A DNA stretch of 63,905 bases, counting the filler, from Atractiella rhizophila (taxonomy: Eukaryota), in assembly GCA_021432655.1 (NCBI GenBank). It is 3 parts of 3 records of this genome, joined end to end, with 100 filler letters (N's around TTAATTAATTAA, not from the genome) between each part and the next. Parts side by side here need not be neighbours in the genome. Positions count along the whole stretch, not along the records: positions 22,682 to 45,226 come from MU271814.1; positions 45,327 to 63,905 come from MU271859.1; 1 more part is not named here. The stretch is one strand, 5' to 3'. Positions 36,428 to 50,656 of this stretch are shown one piece after another. Position 1 is the first letter of the stretch. Every line of letters starts with the position of its first letter. The translations under genes and the position numbers were made by a program. Under the pieces are notes generated by a model that had not been told where the DNA came from, made no database searches, and saw nothing but the letters and a program-made list of their open reading frames with translations.

Positions 36428-36992
36428 CCCTGGATCAGTCTAAATTGTATTCAAGATGAATTGTTAATCATTACTACATTTTTGCATTCAAGAATTTCGA
36501 GGTCGACCACTTTTGTGTGCGCAGCCCGATGTGGCGCAAATCTCCCCAAAATTGAGCGCAAAACCTTCGGGCGACCAGTTCGCCACATTGACTGTGGAAG
36601 CTCTGGGGCATGGGGATCAACAGTCACATTGCATTGATTCCATAGGATTTTAATGGATCTTTGAGTGTTTGACCACTGATAAGTCAATCCTGAACTGGAA
36701 TAACATGGCAGCGAGGGAGCGCCAAGGAGCGAAGGACGTCGAATTTGCAAACTTGTGTTTGACTCAACTTATGTCTTGTCACATTTCCGTTTACCCTTCC
36801 CCATTTCCATTCTGAGAGCAAGGCGATTTCTAATGACCTTGCAGCTCTGCAAACACCGTTCATCCCGGCCAGATTGCCTCCCAATAACAAATATATCCCA
36901 TTCCATCGTAAGTTCGGGAATATGTGATGCGGATGAAGGGACAAGCGAGTGAGGGCCTGTTTGGGTGGATGACGCAATCTGATACCCAAACA

Positions 36993-38747
36993 ATGGCAAC
37001 CGATGACGGAGCAGATGACGATGCACTTTTTTTTCGGAATTGCCGCCCCACGTCATCGACGACAACTTCTTCAGAGACCACACGAATGACACTCATGGCC
37101 CATGAAATCTTCACTTCCGAGCCAACTGGTGAGTGTCAACGGTGCATCCGTCCAGCGATTGAGATTACTTTCCAGCGGAGACCCAAAGTCTCCAATCACT
37201 GGCAACGAACAAGACCTCGAGAGACGAACCTAATCCCTTCGAGCTTGCCTTTAACCCGTCCCACCAGTCATCGCCCAGTGCAAGCGGAGTTAAAAGGTCC
37301 AACTCGACCTCGCCCAACGACATCCACATCAGTGGCATACACACACCAAGAACTCCTGGGAACAACAAGCTGCCGCCATTTAGCTCCATAGAAACCCGGA
37401 GCATCCCATCAGAGCTGAATTGGAGTGCGAATGTTGACAGGTATGCCATCACTTTGTGAGAGGAACTACGCTTAGTGAAGGTACCCTGCTATTAGTTTAA
37501 GGAGAGGGCCGCTATCTCCTTCCTTGCTTGATGGGCCGGTGCAGCAGGATCCGTCGTTAGGACTTGCTCACAGCTTCCCGTTTAAAACAGGGCTCACGCC
37601 TCAAGGGTCTGGTCTCACTCCGCTCCTCAATGGTTCACTTCCTCCTATCACGCCAAATACGGCTTCAGCAATACAGCATTTTATCATGGGTGACTCTCCA
37701 GCGCCACCTCCAATATCCGCCACCAATCTTGAAGGAAACCTTACAGATACGATTGCAGGCAATTCACAGGCTCCATATACTTCAACCCATACTGTTTCCG
37801 ACAGGATATCTAGCTTGCCAGCGTCCTTTCCCGTCCTGAGCACTCAAGCGGAGTCGCCATCACTCAATTCAGCTGAGCGATCAGTTATCGCTGCTGCCTC
37901 GGGATCTAGAAGTCAACCTGCCGCGCTTCCTTCTCACTCCCGAATTGCATCAGTTTCCCAGACCACTGCTTCAGCGAATTTACTACTTCCTGATGCATCT
38001 CGAAATCAGAATGGGCTTTTTCTCCTCACACAAGCACACGAATTCACTCAACAACCTGACGATATTGCTGCTGCTGCTGCTCTGAGTAGCCTTAATAACA
38101 ACAGTGGTTTTGGCGCTTTGCCAGTTATTGCTCGACCGTCGGCCGCGAAACAACCGCCCACCGTGGAAATCGAGAGCAAGCCTTCAGGTTCGCAAACCAG
38201 AGGAAAGAAGGTTACTCCTACTGGGGGATCCAAGCGCAAGAGGACAGAGACCTCAACATCGGGTGCTGGTGGAGGGAGGAAAGCAAAGAGGACAAAGATG
38301 GTTGATGACTCGGAAGAGGACGAGGAATATATGTCTCTTGGGAAGGAGAAGGAGAAAGACGACAAACCAGAGACGGAAGAGGAAAAGCGAAAGAGCTTTC
38401 TCGAGAGAAACAGGCAAGGTGTGCTTCTCTATCTTTTACTGTGGGCCAAACTTGCTGATATTGTGCTGGTCCAATAGCTGCGCTTAAATGTCGTCAAAGT
38501 AAGTCGCATTGTTCGTTGGTGAAGATTCACTGATGTAGAGGTAGGAAAAAAGGCATGGTTGGCATCACTTCAAGCCAAAGTAGAGTATCTGTCTACTGAC
38601 AATGAGGCACTCCAAGCCACAGTCGTCAGCCTCCAAGAAGAGATTACCTCCCTGCGTACGCTCCTATTGGAGCATCGAGAGTGCCTCCTTCGCAGCAAGG
38701 ATGCCCAATCTCGCCAAGCATCCACCCTGTTGGGTTACACTCAATGA
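36993..38747 (+). CDS. ATF1: ATF/CREB bZIP transcription factor (Atf1-like); start uncertain
   Basis: NPFELAF and KTGLTPQGSGLTP motifs; bZIP ETEEEKRKSFLERNRQAALKCRQRKKAWLASLQAKVEYL. Confidence 0.85.
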
Positions 38748-39023
38748 GAGGATAACACGTACATAGTTGCTTTCGTGTTCATAGTTCGCTATTAGTTGCA
38801 TGCAGACTTACAAATGGTAACTTACTTCATTTGATTGTGTTGTGTAACAGGATTGTAATCGCTCCACAGTGCGCTAATTCTTCACCTGTCTAGATGGTCG
38901 ATTCAATTGTAGATATTTTGCGATTAGATTGTCCTTGTGCAAAGTTCGTTCTTTGGACAATGCTCGCAAGCTGCCACAAAAACAAAGTTCAAAGCTAGCA
39001 AAAGAATCATAGTGTAAAAAGGT

Positions 39024-39620
39024 CTAGAGGTTATCCATATGGGCCAACGCTTCTTGCTTTTCTTTCTCACTGAATATCCTTGGCTACAGACGTGGATAAT
39101 TTAGCGATGCGCATATAAAAACGAACGGCTTACTGGAAGGTTGCGTTCCCTAAAAGCCATTGATAAGTGTGAATGAGACCTGAAAATGTTACCAATAATT
39201 ACGCACCATTTCGTCCCACCAGGAAAGCTAGGAACTAAACGAACAGGTCAAACAAAGCACCTTAGAAGAGAAAATGGAATTCTACCTATGTACGGGTCTG
39301 GGTGATCCCATTTCGCTACCTCTTTCTCAGCTTCTGCTAATAACTTTGCGACTGCTCGAGGATCTCTGACTTGGCGGTTCTGCTCAAACATAGCTCTTAT
39401 ATGTAGAGCTTTGATACGCCATTCGTCGTGACGAATGTACCAATTAAGGCTTCCTTTGAGGGCTCGCCTGGGCAGAGTGTTAAAGGTTGTGGAATAGCGG
39501 GAGGTATCCTACCTATACAAATGCTGTTGTACAATCAGTATCTAGGCAGCTAAAGATATCCAGGCCTACCTGAACGTAACGGCGATGAGCTTGAGAGAAA
39601 GGAGAGACAGCTCCGGACAT
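39024..39620 (-). CDS. NDUFB9: NADH:ubiquinone oxidoreductase B22 subunit (LYR family)
   Basis: MSGAVSPFSQAHRRYVQ...RALKGSLNW...IRAMFEQNRQVRDPR...HPDPYI.PSFPGGTKWERN; missing from the ORF track. Confidence 0.85.
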
Positions 39621-39803
39621 CGTGCTTTGTGGTGAGTGGTTTGGTTGATGAGGGTTAATGATGTTGAAGTAAAACAAACTACCAACCACATCAGCATCAG
39701 TTGTCTGTTGTCTTGCAACGTCGAGCTATTCGTTCACTTAGGAATTGAAGGTTGGTACCAAGGTCTCATGGAGCATTTCTGATTTATGCAGACATTAGGC
39801 AGC

Positions 39804-40290
39804 ATGGAGCTTCCACCCCTTGCCCAGAACTTGTGGTCCAGCTACACGTCGAGCAGTGAGTAAACGCTCAGCTTTGCGCTCAAGATTTCAGCTGAGCTCC
39901 CATGAAGCTCCTGCTCGGTTGCGACTTATTGACAATTTATTGGTCTTCTTGATGCTAACCGGAGTGTCGCAATTCGTCTACTGTCTTTTCGTGACCAACT
40001 TCCCCTTCAATGCTTTTTTAGGAGGGTTCGTAGCTCGTCTTTTCTCTGGATCGTAGGCTTATGAACTATGTCAGTTTTGCAGCAACAATTGGTCAATTTG
40101 TTTTGACAGCTTCATTGCGTTCACAAGTTAATCCCAAAATGCGTGCCACTTTTCCTTCAGTATCCCAAGAACGGTAAGGCTTCCTCCCTCTTCGCTCGCG
40201 ACGCTTACAGTTTCATGTACCAGTGCATTTGCGGATTTCGTGTTCTCGTCACTCATACTTCATTATTTTGTTTTCAATTATCTCGGATAA
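39804..40290 (+). CDS. OST2: Oligosaccharyltransferase subunit Ost2/DAD1
   Basis: RLRLIDNLLVFLMLTG..QFVYC..NFPFNAFLGGF..IGQFVLTASLRSQVNP...ERAFADFV...NYLG*. Confidence 0.92.
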
Positions 40291-40587
40291 TGCATCATTC
40301 TCGATTCAACTTGCAACATTCGTCCCCGCTCACAAAAGCTGGAAATCGTCGACCTTGAGATTTTAACGCATATTAACCAACCCTTACGTGAGGAGAGAAA
40401 ATGATGTTCAGTTGCAGCCGACTACCGATTAGAAAAAGGCTACAGAACACCCTTTCCGTGTCATGACAGAGCTCAGGACAGATTCAGTGTGCAAATTGAG
40501 ATATAAATGAATAATACGGATGGAAATGCAAAAGGCACACAAATACCTAATTATACAGATTCATATCCTCGGTGCCGTCTAACTGTC

Positions 40588-42236
40588 CTAAACCGCCTTC
40601 TTCTTCTTCTTCTTCTTCGGGTCATCATCACCTTCCTCTCTCGACCGCTTCTTGCTTTTCGGCACTTTCTCTTGAATCTCTGCCTGCTTTTCTTTCTTCT
40701 GTCTTTCTTTTCCCTTCTTTACGCTACTCGGGTCCTCCGACTGGGCTTCAGGCTCGGCTTCTTTTAGCTGCTTTAGCACCGCAGACATCACCTAGAGACA
40801 GTGTTTAGTACACTTCGCCGAGGTTAAAGCCCGAAATCACCTCTGCATTCTTGGTGGGATTGGATCCGGATTCATAGAATGCTAACCGCTCCTCAACTTG
40901 ATTCCGCAAGGCTTCACCGAATTTTGTGGTTGGTGTTTCTGGGCACGACTGCTCAGTACATCAAAAATGATAGGAGGTCACGAACCAGTGAAACAATCGA
41001 TCCGTGAAGCTATTGAACACTTGTTGGCAAGAAACCGCGATACCCGTCCCTTATTCTTGGATGCTGCTCGTCCAATAAATGTACTCTGAAACACCGTCAA
41101 AATGGTCCCGATCAGGGAAAAGGACTGACATGATATATTAGGCCATACTTAGGTGTGTTCCCCTTTGTTTTCAGAGCTCGGAATAGAGCCTTTTCGGCTC
41201 CAAGAATTTGTACTGTGCTCGCAGGATATTTGCTAAGGTTGGTCAAGCTTCCTGCGTGACTGATAAGGCGTGCTCCAACTGCGTCGCCAATGAGAGCTGC
41301 CAGGTTTGGAGCCACAAGGTTCATCTTCTCTGACAGGTACGTCTGCAGCTCTTTCCGATAAACGTAAAGGTTAATAACCCGATTAGCAAAGTTGAGAATG
41401 TTTATTAGGTCAACGGGTGATATATCCGTCCCCATGGAAGCTCGTGAAGCATCGTAAACGTTTTTGGCGCGCGTTTCGTCGTCATCCAGGATTTCGGAGA
41501 GTGTGGACAGGTTGTCTTCAGTCAACTGCGACTTGTCGGCGATCGCTTGGACCATCCGAGCATACTGGAGATTGTCTGGCACGAGCTTAACAAGTTCGGG
41601 AAAGTGCCAGCCATACCATTCTCGGACTCGCATGGCAAACGTGTTAACGTCCTTGTCGAGCTGGTCGAGGAGTGCAATAGCTTGAATAATCATGTTGTCG
41701 CTCCGGTTTACATTGAACTTCACTTTGGCTCTTGAATATGCGTGCCCGAGTCCAAGTTGAGCTCGCGCTACATCACCAGTTGAAAGATCTCCTATAATTT
41801 TTTCGGCATGCAGTCGTATGCCACGGATGAGTTCTTGCGAGCGATCTGAGGCGTCGCACTCTATGCTCAAAGCGTTTTTGATTGAAGAACCGAGATTGCG
41901 ATCCGCGACACCCAAAATGACATTAGACTTGTCTGACGGGAGGTTCAGCTCGAGAAGGGAAGACAGGTGCTCGTTGACAACCGCTGGATACCTTGTTGAC
42001 TACATTCATGCAAAAATACAAGAGAACACACCTTCAGAGAGATCATTCGCATTCTCCAGAGCGTGTGCAGCGTCTTTGAAAGGCGCAAAGCTGACCAGTT
42101 GGCATGTCTTTGAAAATTTGGAAAAATCAGCAATGGAGTCCTGTACGTTCTTTGATTTCGACCCAATCTCCTCATGGCCCTTTGACTTGAACAATGCTAA
42201 CCCTGCCGCAGATTCGAAAAGGACGTAGTTGGCCAT
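40588..42236 (-). CDS. NOP56: Box C/D snoRNP protein Nop56
   Basis: [76 protein letters not shown]; Lys-rich tail. Confidence 0.95.
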
Positions 42237-42348
42237 CTTCCTCCTACCACCAGCAGCTGGTCGACTACTCTGGAAAATTTTAGGACAGGTCAATCTCATC
42301 AACCATCCTCATCTGCGTGACCATCAAGACCCTGAGTCGAGGTCAACA

Positions 42349-43616
42349 ATGTCTCTGCCCACACCAACTCGCAAGTTCTCAAACGCCAGCGTCAGCGCTC
42401 TACCTCCTCACATGCGGAACAATCTGGCCAGTCCTCCTCTGTCCGCGACAGGCACCTCTGTACTCGATCTCAACCTCGATAATGCGCCGCCAGTCATCAT
42501 CTCGAGGAAGGATCAAGCTGCCAGTTTCGCTGCTTTCGACAACTTAATGAGCTCCGCAAAGGCACTTAGGAATTGCATGCTCGCAATGAGTCAAGCAACA
42601 GCATCCTTTGCTACAGCGTTGCAAGACTGCGGGAGACTTAAAGGGGCAGGGACTACCGAGTCCAGAGAACAACTCTTGACCTTTTCGGGTTTCTATTATA
42701 TGCAAGCGTCCACTCTTTGGAGGTGTTTACGCTGAATGAGAGAGTAGGGAGAGCTCCATGCAAGCATTGCTAGCGGATTCCTTCTATCGCAACTTCGAAC
42801 TCGAGCTACTCGATAAGGGAGACGAGCATAAACACAGCACTATGGATCGAAATATTTCTCATCAGAAGATTTTGACCGAGAAGACACGACTGATACAAAA
42901 GACCGAAGCTGACAATTTGAAGATGGGAAGAAAAGGCATTCGAGGCAAGTGGCTCACACACACAACCCCAAATATTGAATGATGACTAGACCTAACGTCG
43001 TTCCGGAACGCACTTACCCATTTGCAGGTTCTGGTCCAGGATATGGATAGATGCACGCATTTAATTTTTCACATCTTTACCCACTTGACCCTGATATGAC
43101 GACTTATACAGGTAAAGTTGAACATTACAAAGAAGCCCTTGCTTCCGAAGAAGAATTATGGAGCTTGGTATCGAACAAAGCGGGCATCACTGTTAGGTCC
43201 TGTAGGTTCCTGACTCTGACTAACACCCGTTACTAAAAGTGCCGTCAGCGCTGGACATACACGAAAGATTGTCAAGCAAAGGAAACACAGATCCACACCT
43301 CGCTTCCCTAAACGAGGATAATCCGGATCCATTTGCTGTCTATGAAGATCCCAATACCTCTTCCGCCCAATACCAGACCATCCTTTCACCTCTATCTCTT
43401 CTCCCGTCAACCATGCACAACCACCCACACCGTGATCCAGAGCTAGCCCGTGGGCTTGACCGTAGCCTCAACAACGTCACAGAGGAAGAGGAAGAGGAGC
43501 GCGACATAGCGCCACGGGTGTTAATGAGTCCAGAATTGAAGGCAACACTCATTCCAAGCAGTGTGGATCGGACAAGCAGCGATGGAAACGAGTTTCCTTG
43601 GGGCGATGCTAACTGA
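42349..43616 (+). CDS. Ivy1-like I-BAR/IMD domain protein
   Basis: IISRKDQAASFAAFDNLMSSAKALRNCMLAMSQATASFATALQDCGRLKGA followed by a helical RDLTSFRNAL region. Confidence 0.6.
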
Positions 43617-43726
43617 AGTAGGCCATGACATTTAATTAATGAAATGAGGAATGTTAACGAATCGTTATCACAATGTATTCTGATTGTGCGAATTCTAATG
43701 ATAACTTATTTGGTTCGCTTACAATA

Positions 43727-44415
<689 letters not shown>

Positions 44416-45226
44416 TCAAAGATCAGTTTAACTGAGTTAAAAGTTACAACGACCAACATTGCACCAACCAGAGACGTGACCAGAGGGAAAGGTTAGGTTA
44501 GGGTAGGGAATCGCAAAGATGTCTTCATTGCTAGGTAGACTGTTTCAGAGCGAATTCTTTTCTCCCTCTTTGGCTGTGTCTTAGTAGGCTCTCTCTTCCT
44601 GTTATGTCTTCCCTGACAGAGCATCGTGGCAACAGCTTGAAGACTTACTCCGACTCCATTGGGATAACTCATTATCTAGTCAATAGATTATCTGAATTCG
44701 ATAGATCTGAGGTTGAGTTCTACTGGCCACAACTTTGGTGAGTTGTTGTACATCAGGCTAGCTTTGGGATTTGAGACGCGTTGTCAGTCATTTGCTTGTT
44801 ACGAGGCCAACAGAGTCTACAGCGTTAGAGACATTCATCATTCAAAGATGCGAAGAGTCTACACATACGGCTATGCTGGTAAAATCGTCTGCTCCTTAAA
44901 CGACCCTTGACTCTTCTGAATTGCTTGAATTGCGCAGACTCTTTGGTTTCTTCAAACCTACCTCCATGACTTCTCACAGTCTTCCTCTCGCTCGTCTCTC
45001 AATCCTAGCGACAGTCCCTCCTTCGTCATTACGCGAAGAGCTTTCAACAAAGTCCAACACATCATCTTTTCCGATCCAGATGTCAGCGATTTTCTGCCGC
45101 CAGGTGACGAAGACATTTACGCCCATCAAACATCTGCGGTCGCTTTACAAGCCCAAAAGCAGATTGGCTTTAAGGGAAAGATGAAGGAGAAGCTTGCTCC
45201 CAAAGCTGCGCCAGTGACAGTCGGCA

Positions 45227-45326
45227 NNNNNNNNNNNNNNNNNNNNNNNNNNNNNNNNNNNNNNNNNNNNTTAATTAATTAANNNNNNNNNNNNNNNNNN
45301 NNNNNNNNNNNNNNNNNNNNNNNNNN
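45227..45326. other. Artificial 100-nt scaffold spacer (N44-TTAATTAATTAA-N44)
   Basis: Same linker as 22582-22681. Confidence 0.95.
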
Positions 45327-47076
45327 GGCTTTCTCCTTCTTGGGCAGACTAACGAGCATGTCGGTGATGTCGTCTGCCATGGCCGGTTCTAGCTGTGAAA
45401 TAGCTGCGTGCAGTCTTTCTCGTTCCGTGCCAGTCGGAGGGATGATGGGAGTTGACATAGGAGATGGAGCCACGACAGGAGCTGCGACTGGAGGAGAGAC
45501 TGCCACCGCTGGTACCTCAACGGGCACGGCGGGTGTAGCTGGCGTCGTGGGTGCTGGAGAGACCATTTGGAAAGAAGAGTCAGCGGATGAAGTGGAAGCT
45601 TCCATTCCATTCGCTTTGGGTGAATCGGCGGACTAGTATCGCCCTCTGAGCACACGAGATTGGTGGCGAAACAGACACTTACAGCAGCATCACTTAAGGT
45701 GATGTTAGCAGGCGATCCAGGTGTGGAGCCCTCGTTATGCTCCAGGGTGGGCATGACCGAGCCGGTGGGTGACAATTCCCCAGTCTTCTTCCTCTCTTTC
45801 TGTGCATGAATTTGTTTCAATCTCGGCTCCCTGCTCTTCTTCGGTTCATGAAGTCTAACAATGATATTCCTTCCGGGATCATCAGGTTGAGAGATCGAGT
45901 AAAGCTTCTTTCCGTCCATCGCCTTCAACGCGTCTGCGGCTTGGAAATCCTTCTCAAAAGACACGAAACCGAATTCGCGGGACATGTTCGACATCTCGTC
46001 CTTCATTACTCGAGCGGACACGATTTGACCAAACGGTGAGAAATGGGTATAAAGATCCTGAGAGGTAATATAGGGAGAAAGGTTCTTGATGAACAGATTG
46101 CAGGGGTCGATGACCGGTGCTATTTTGCCTCTAGATTCGTGTTCCAGACGCTGCTGAGCTTGTTGCTGGAGCGAGAGGATAGAAGATGTCATGGTTGGAC
46201 TCGGTGGACCGTAGTTTGGCATAGGGCTCGACATCCTGAACATCTCGCTGGGAGCAGGACTCCTCCAGCCACTCGACAACGCAGAGGACCAGTAATATCC
46301 TCCACCAGAAGGGACGAACGGAGCGGCTTCGGCCCATTTCTGTCCACTCTTAGGACCAGTGGGAACTATTGCAGAATACTCGTTGACCGTAATCATGGTG
46401 CTCCCAATCTCGGAACAATGGAGCTCCGCCATGGCCGTTCTGGCATGGGAAATCTCATAGAACTGAACGACACCCTCTCCGTTAAACTTCGGAGGAATGC
46501 CAGAACCCGGATATGGGTCGTAGTAGTTCAAGGTAGCCTTATAGATCGGTCCGTAAGGGCGAAAGACTTGGAATAGGTAACCGGCGCTCATACTCTCTGG
46601 AAGGTTCTTGACCAGTAATGGTTGCACGTTCGATGCGGGGGGCTTGTCGGATCCTGGGTTTGGGCTGATGGAGAGCCGCATTTGGCATTTGTATGCTGGG
46701 AAGCTGTGGCCTTGAACAGTAGCATACGCCTTCTCCGCTGCATCCATATCGTCCTCTCAGCCCGTGCCTTTGAAGATGGAGGGACAACTGACCTTTTGCC
46801 TTCTCTTGGAAGAGAATCTTCCCGCTGACAGGTTCATAAATGCTAGCGGCAGGATTGCGACTTATTTCTGGCCTTCATACCGCCACGCAACATCACTCAG
46901 AACCAATCCCTTTGTACAAAGAAAACTACGCACCTAATTTTGAGGCAATCAGCTAACGCATCCGCCAAGTCACTATCGGTAATTCCATTCACTAGTCCAT
47001 GGACGTAGAGTACTGATTCTTGGAGGTAAGGATGAGGGGGACCAGGGATATCCAAATCGTTTGTTGGAGATGCCAT
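45327..47076 (-). CDS. Multi-RRM RNA-binding protein with MLLE/PABC-like domain (Rrm4-like), 3' end broken by gap
   Basis: RRMs LLVKNLP..FRPYGPI and NLFIKNL..FSPFGQIVSARVM..SREFGFVSF; ERERLHAAI..ADDITDMLVSLPKKEKA resembles an MLLE helix bundle. Confidence 0.75.
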
Positions 47077-47643
47077 TTCTTCTTGATATCACTTCTTGAG
47101 AAATTTTTGGAGAAGGTGGAAAACTGGAGATTGGAAGAAGTGTAAAACTGCTGAATCCGAGATGTAAAAGTGAAAGCTATAATTTTTGGGTCAGATATAA
47201 AGAAGAAGGGGCATAGATCGTGAAATTGATAGGAAAGGTGGTCGTCCTTTGAGAAAGGGCAAGTCAGAACTGAACTAAGATTTCCTTTGTCGCCTTTTTC
47301 CTTTCTTGGAACATTTTGATTCCGCAACTTATGTGCTATTTTCTGTCATTTCTACCTTTCTCCGCTTTCTCGCTATATAACCCTAGCTCTAGATGTTTTA
47401 TCTAGCCTATCTTAAAGACCGTAACACTCTGGCGCATCGTAATAAGTGTATCACACATGGGAACAAGGAGAGGAGAGCTGAAGTACAAAATGTTAGTTGA
47501 CACTTCCTCACAGTGAGTACCTTCTCTATCAGAGACTTATGCGATGTGCAATCGTGCAGATCCATATTGCACCGTTACCGATTTATTTTACTAAACGTTT
47601 ACCTGTACTCAACCCACATACATCCCTTTGACACCTTCAAAGT

Positions 47644-50600
47644 TTAAAGGCTGTAGTAAAACCCGACCGTATTTTCAATTGGTCCTCGACGGCCATTCTT
47701 TAACAAGTTGTTTTGGTACTTGAACCAAATCGTGAGTAGTATCACGACGGTAATGAGGAGAAACTGGAAGCCAACGTTCGCCCAGAGTCCAGGCTATGCG
47801 AGTTAATCATGGCTTTCAGTATTTTTGGTTTCGAAGTAGAAGCAAAGGAAACATACAAGATATTTTGGACTGTCTTTGGAGCGCATGATCAGAGGCGAAA
47901 TAATCCCTCCCACTCCGCCGAACGCAACGACAATGGCGTTAGACACGGAGCGTTTCGATTGACCCACGATGTTGGTTGATTGCTTTACATGAGGGACTTA
48001 GTTCATATTGTTTTTAGCAAGCTGACTTGGAAACACTCACATATGCAAGGACGGTGGGGATGTTGACCGTCGCGCCGCTAATTCCAAGGATAACACCAGC
48101 GTAGCGTGCCTGTCGCCATTCCACTGTCAATGTACAATTTCAAAATAGGAAATAGCCCACATCGTTATTGTCCAATGCGTAGGCAGTCATGAGGAGACCG
48201 CAGATAGACAGCAGAGACTGCCCGATGAGGAACAGGTATCGATGACCAAATCTATCCGCACAGTAGGAGAGGATGGTGGACAAGGTGACTGCCACGATCT
48301 ATATTAATTATATCAGTCCATCGATTGCTGTTGCATGAAGACAAGAGCGTGCATAGGGAGGAGTCGCGAGCAATTGAGACTGTGCCACAGATTTTCCAAA
48401 CCCTGCCAGAATAATGGGGAGGAAGGATGAATAGGCGTATGTCGACACAGTTGTGCAGCAGAATAAGATCCCGAACGCCCAAATCTTGAGATCGAGGAAG
48501 TACACTTTGATTTTCTCTATCGTGATTGGGTCGTAGACGGCTGTGGAGAAAAAATCAAATCTCGTACTGAAACGAAGATTTGAACACTGACCGTCACCTC
48601 TGTCGACGTCAATGCGACGCTTTACAATCTCAGTTTCTTCTGCAGAGAGAAACTTGTTCTTGTCCGGGAAATCAACAATGAGAGGATAGGCAATCAGTCC
48701 TAAGTCAGGGGTGAGAACTGGAAATCAGGCCCCCTCAGAAGGAATCAGACCTAATCCGATGGTAATAATCCCTTCTACTAAAAATATCCAACTCCATCCA
48801 GCCAAATCATTCTTGCCTGCCAACGTCGAAAGGCCGTATGCGATGATCGGAGAGAATCCAGAAATCAAGCTCGCAACTACACCCTTCTTCATATATTTCA
48901 CAACTGAAACAAATTGGGCCGCTCACTGTTCCAGAAAGCAGCAAGACGAAGCTGCATCTCGCGGCGGGTATACCAGGTGCTGATTAAGTAGGCACAGGAA
49001 GGAAAGAATCCTGTACCCGTTCGTGGATGAGCTGCTTGCTTTTTCATGCATGGGCGACTAACCGGCCTCGAGGAATCCCAAGAGTGATCGCAAGCCTGCC
49101 AATGTGCGCCACGTTGGGGCATAAGCCATACCAACGAGGATAGATCCCCAAGCAACAGTGATGACGGAGAGCAGTAGAGAAGGTCCTACTCTCCTCACCA
49201 CCATGTTGGCAGGTAGCTCGAAGAGGATGTATGGCACGAAGAAGGCGATGATAACAATCCTGTTCTCCCAACCTTAGTCAACTTTGACGAATGGCGGGAA
49301 GACAATGAGGCATACGTATAGCGGTCTCCCACATAAAGAACTAGGTCACGAGCAAGACCAGCAACGTAGGCGAGTCCAAGGTTGGACCTGTCTACAAACG
49401 CAATGATTCAGTCCTAAGCTCATATGAATAACAGGAGCGCGTACCGATGAGGGAGAAGCTGTATAGCAACCCCAAGATGGGGAGCAGTCTCAAGTCAACC
49501 TTCCGCCTGAACATGCATTAGTTTCCAAGCTCTCAATTCTCGATGGGTCAAAAGCATACATTGTTCTTCTTTCCAACACAGGGTCAATAGGCTCTCCTTG
49601 ACCTACAACCCTAACGCCTGCCTGGTGGTCTCCTTTCCCATCCTCAACCTGGTCAATCTCACCCGTTGCCTTTTCGTTCAAATCACCCCCTCAGAAGGAA
49701 TCAGACCTAATCCGATGGTAATAATCCCTTCTACTAAAAATATCCAACTCCATCCAGCCAAATCATTCTTGCCTGCCAACGTCGAAAGGCCGTATGCGAT
49801 GATCGGAGAGAATCCAGAAATCAAGCTCGCAACTACACCCTTCTTCATATATTTCACAACTGAAACAAATTGGGCCGCTCACTGTTCCAGAAAGCAGCAA
49901 GACGAAGCTGCATCTCGCGGCGGGTGTACCAGGTGCTGATTAAGTAGGCACAGGAAGGAAAGAATCCTGTACCCGTTCGTGGATGAGCTGCTTGCTTTTT
50001 CATGCATGGGCGACTAACCGGCCTCGAGGAATCCCAAGAGTGATCGCAAGCCTGCCAATGTGCGCCACGTTGGGGCATAAGCCATACCAACGAGGATAGA
50101 TCCCCAAGCAACAGTGATGACGGAGAGCAGTAGAGAAGGTCCTACTCTCCTCACCACCATGTTGGCAGGTAGCTCGAAGAGGATGTATGGCACGAAGAAG
50201 GCGATGATAACAATCCTGTTCTCCCAACCTTAGTCAACTTTGACGAATGGCGGGAAGACAATGAGGCATACGTATAGCGGTCTCCCACATAAAGAACTAG
50301 GTCACGAGCAAGACCAGCAACGTAGGCGAGTCCAAGGTTGGACCTGTCTACAAACGCAATGATTCAGTCCTAAGCTCATATGAATAACAGGAGCGCGTAC
50401 CGATGAGGGAGAAGCTGTATAGCAACCCCAAGATGGGGAGCAGTCGCAAGTCAACCTTCCGCCTGAACATGCATTAGTTTCCAAGCTCTTCAATCCTCAA
50501 TGGGTCAAAAGCATACATTGTTCTTCTTTCCAACACAGGGTCAATAGGCTCTCCTTGACCTACAACCCTAACGCCTGCCTGGTGGTCTCCTTTCCCATCC

Positions 50601-50656
50601 TCAACCTGGTCAATCTCACCCGTTGCCTTTTCGTTCAAATCTTCAGAGGATGGCAT
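47644..50656 (-). CDS. MFS transporter, anion:cation symporter (Dal5/Tna1-like) family, with an internal 956-bp duplication
   Basis: RKVDLRLLPILGLLYSFSLIDRSNLG, IAFFVPYILFELPANM, GFFPSCAYLISTWYTRRE, GWSWIFLVEGIITI, GFYYSL*. Confidence 0.85.
48730..50640. repeat. Near-identical tandem duplication, period ~956 bp
   Basis: Identical ORFs at 48898/49854 and 49044/50000; a few substitutions and indels between copies. Confidence 0.92.
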
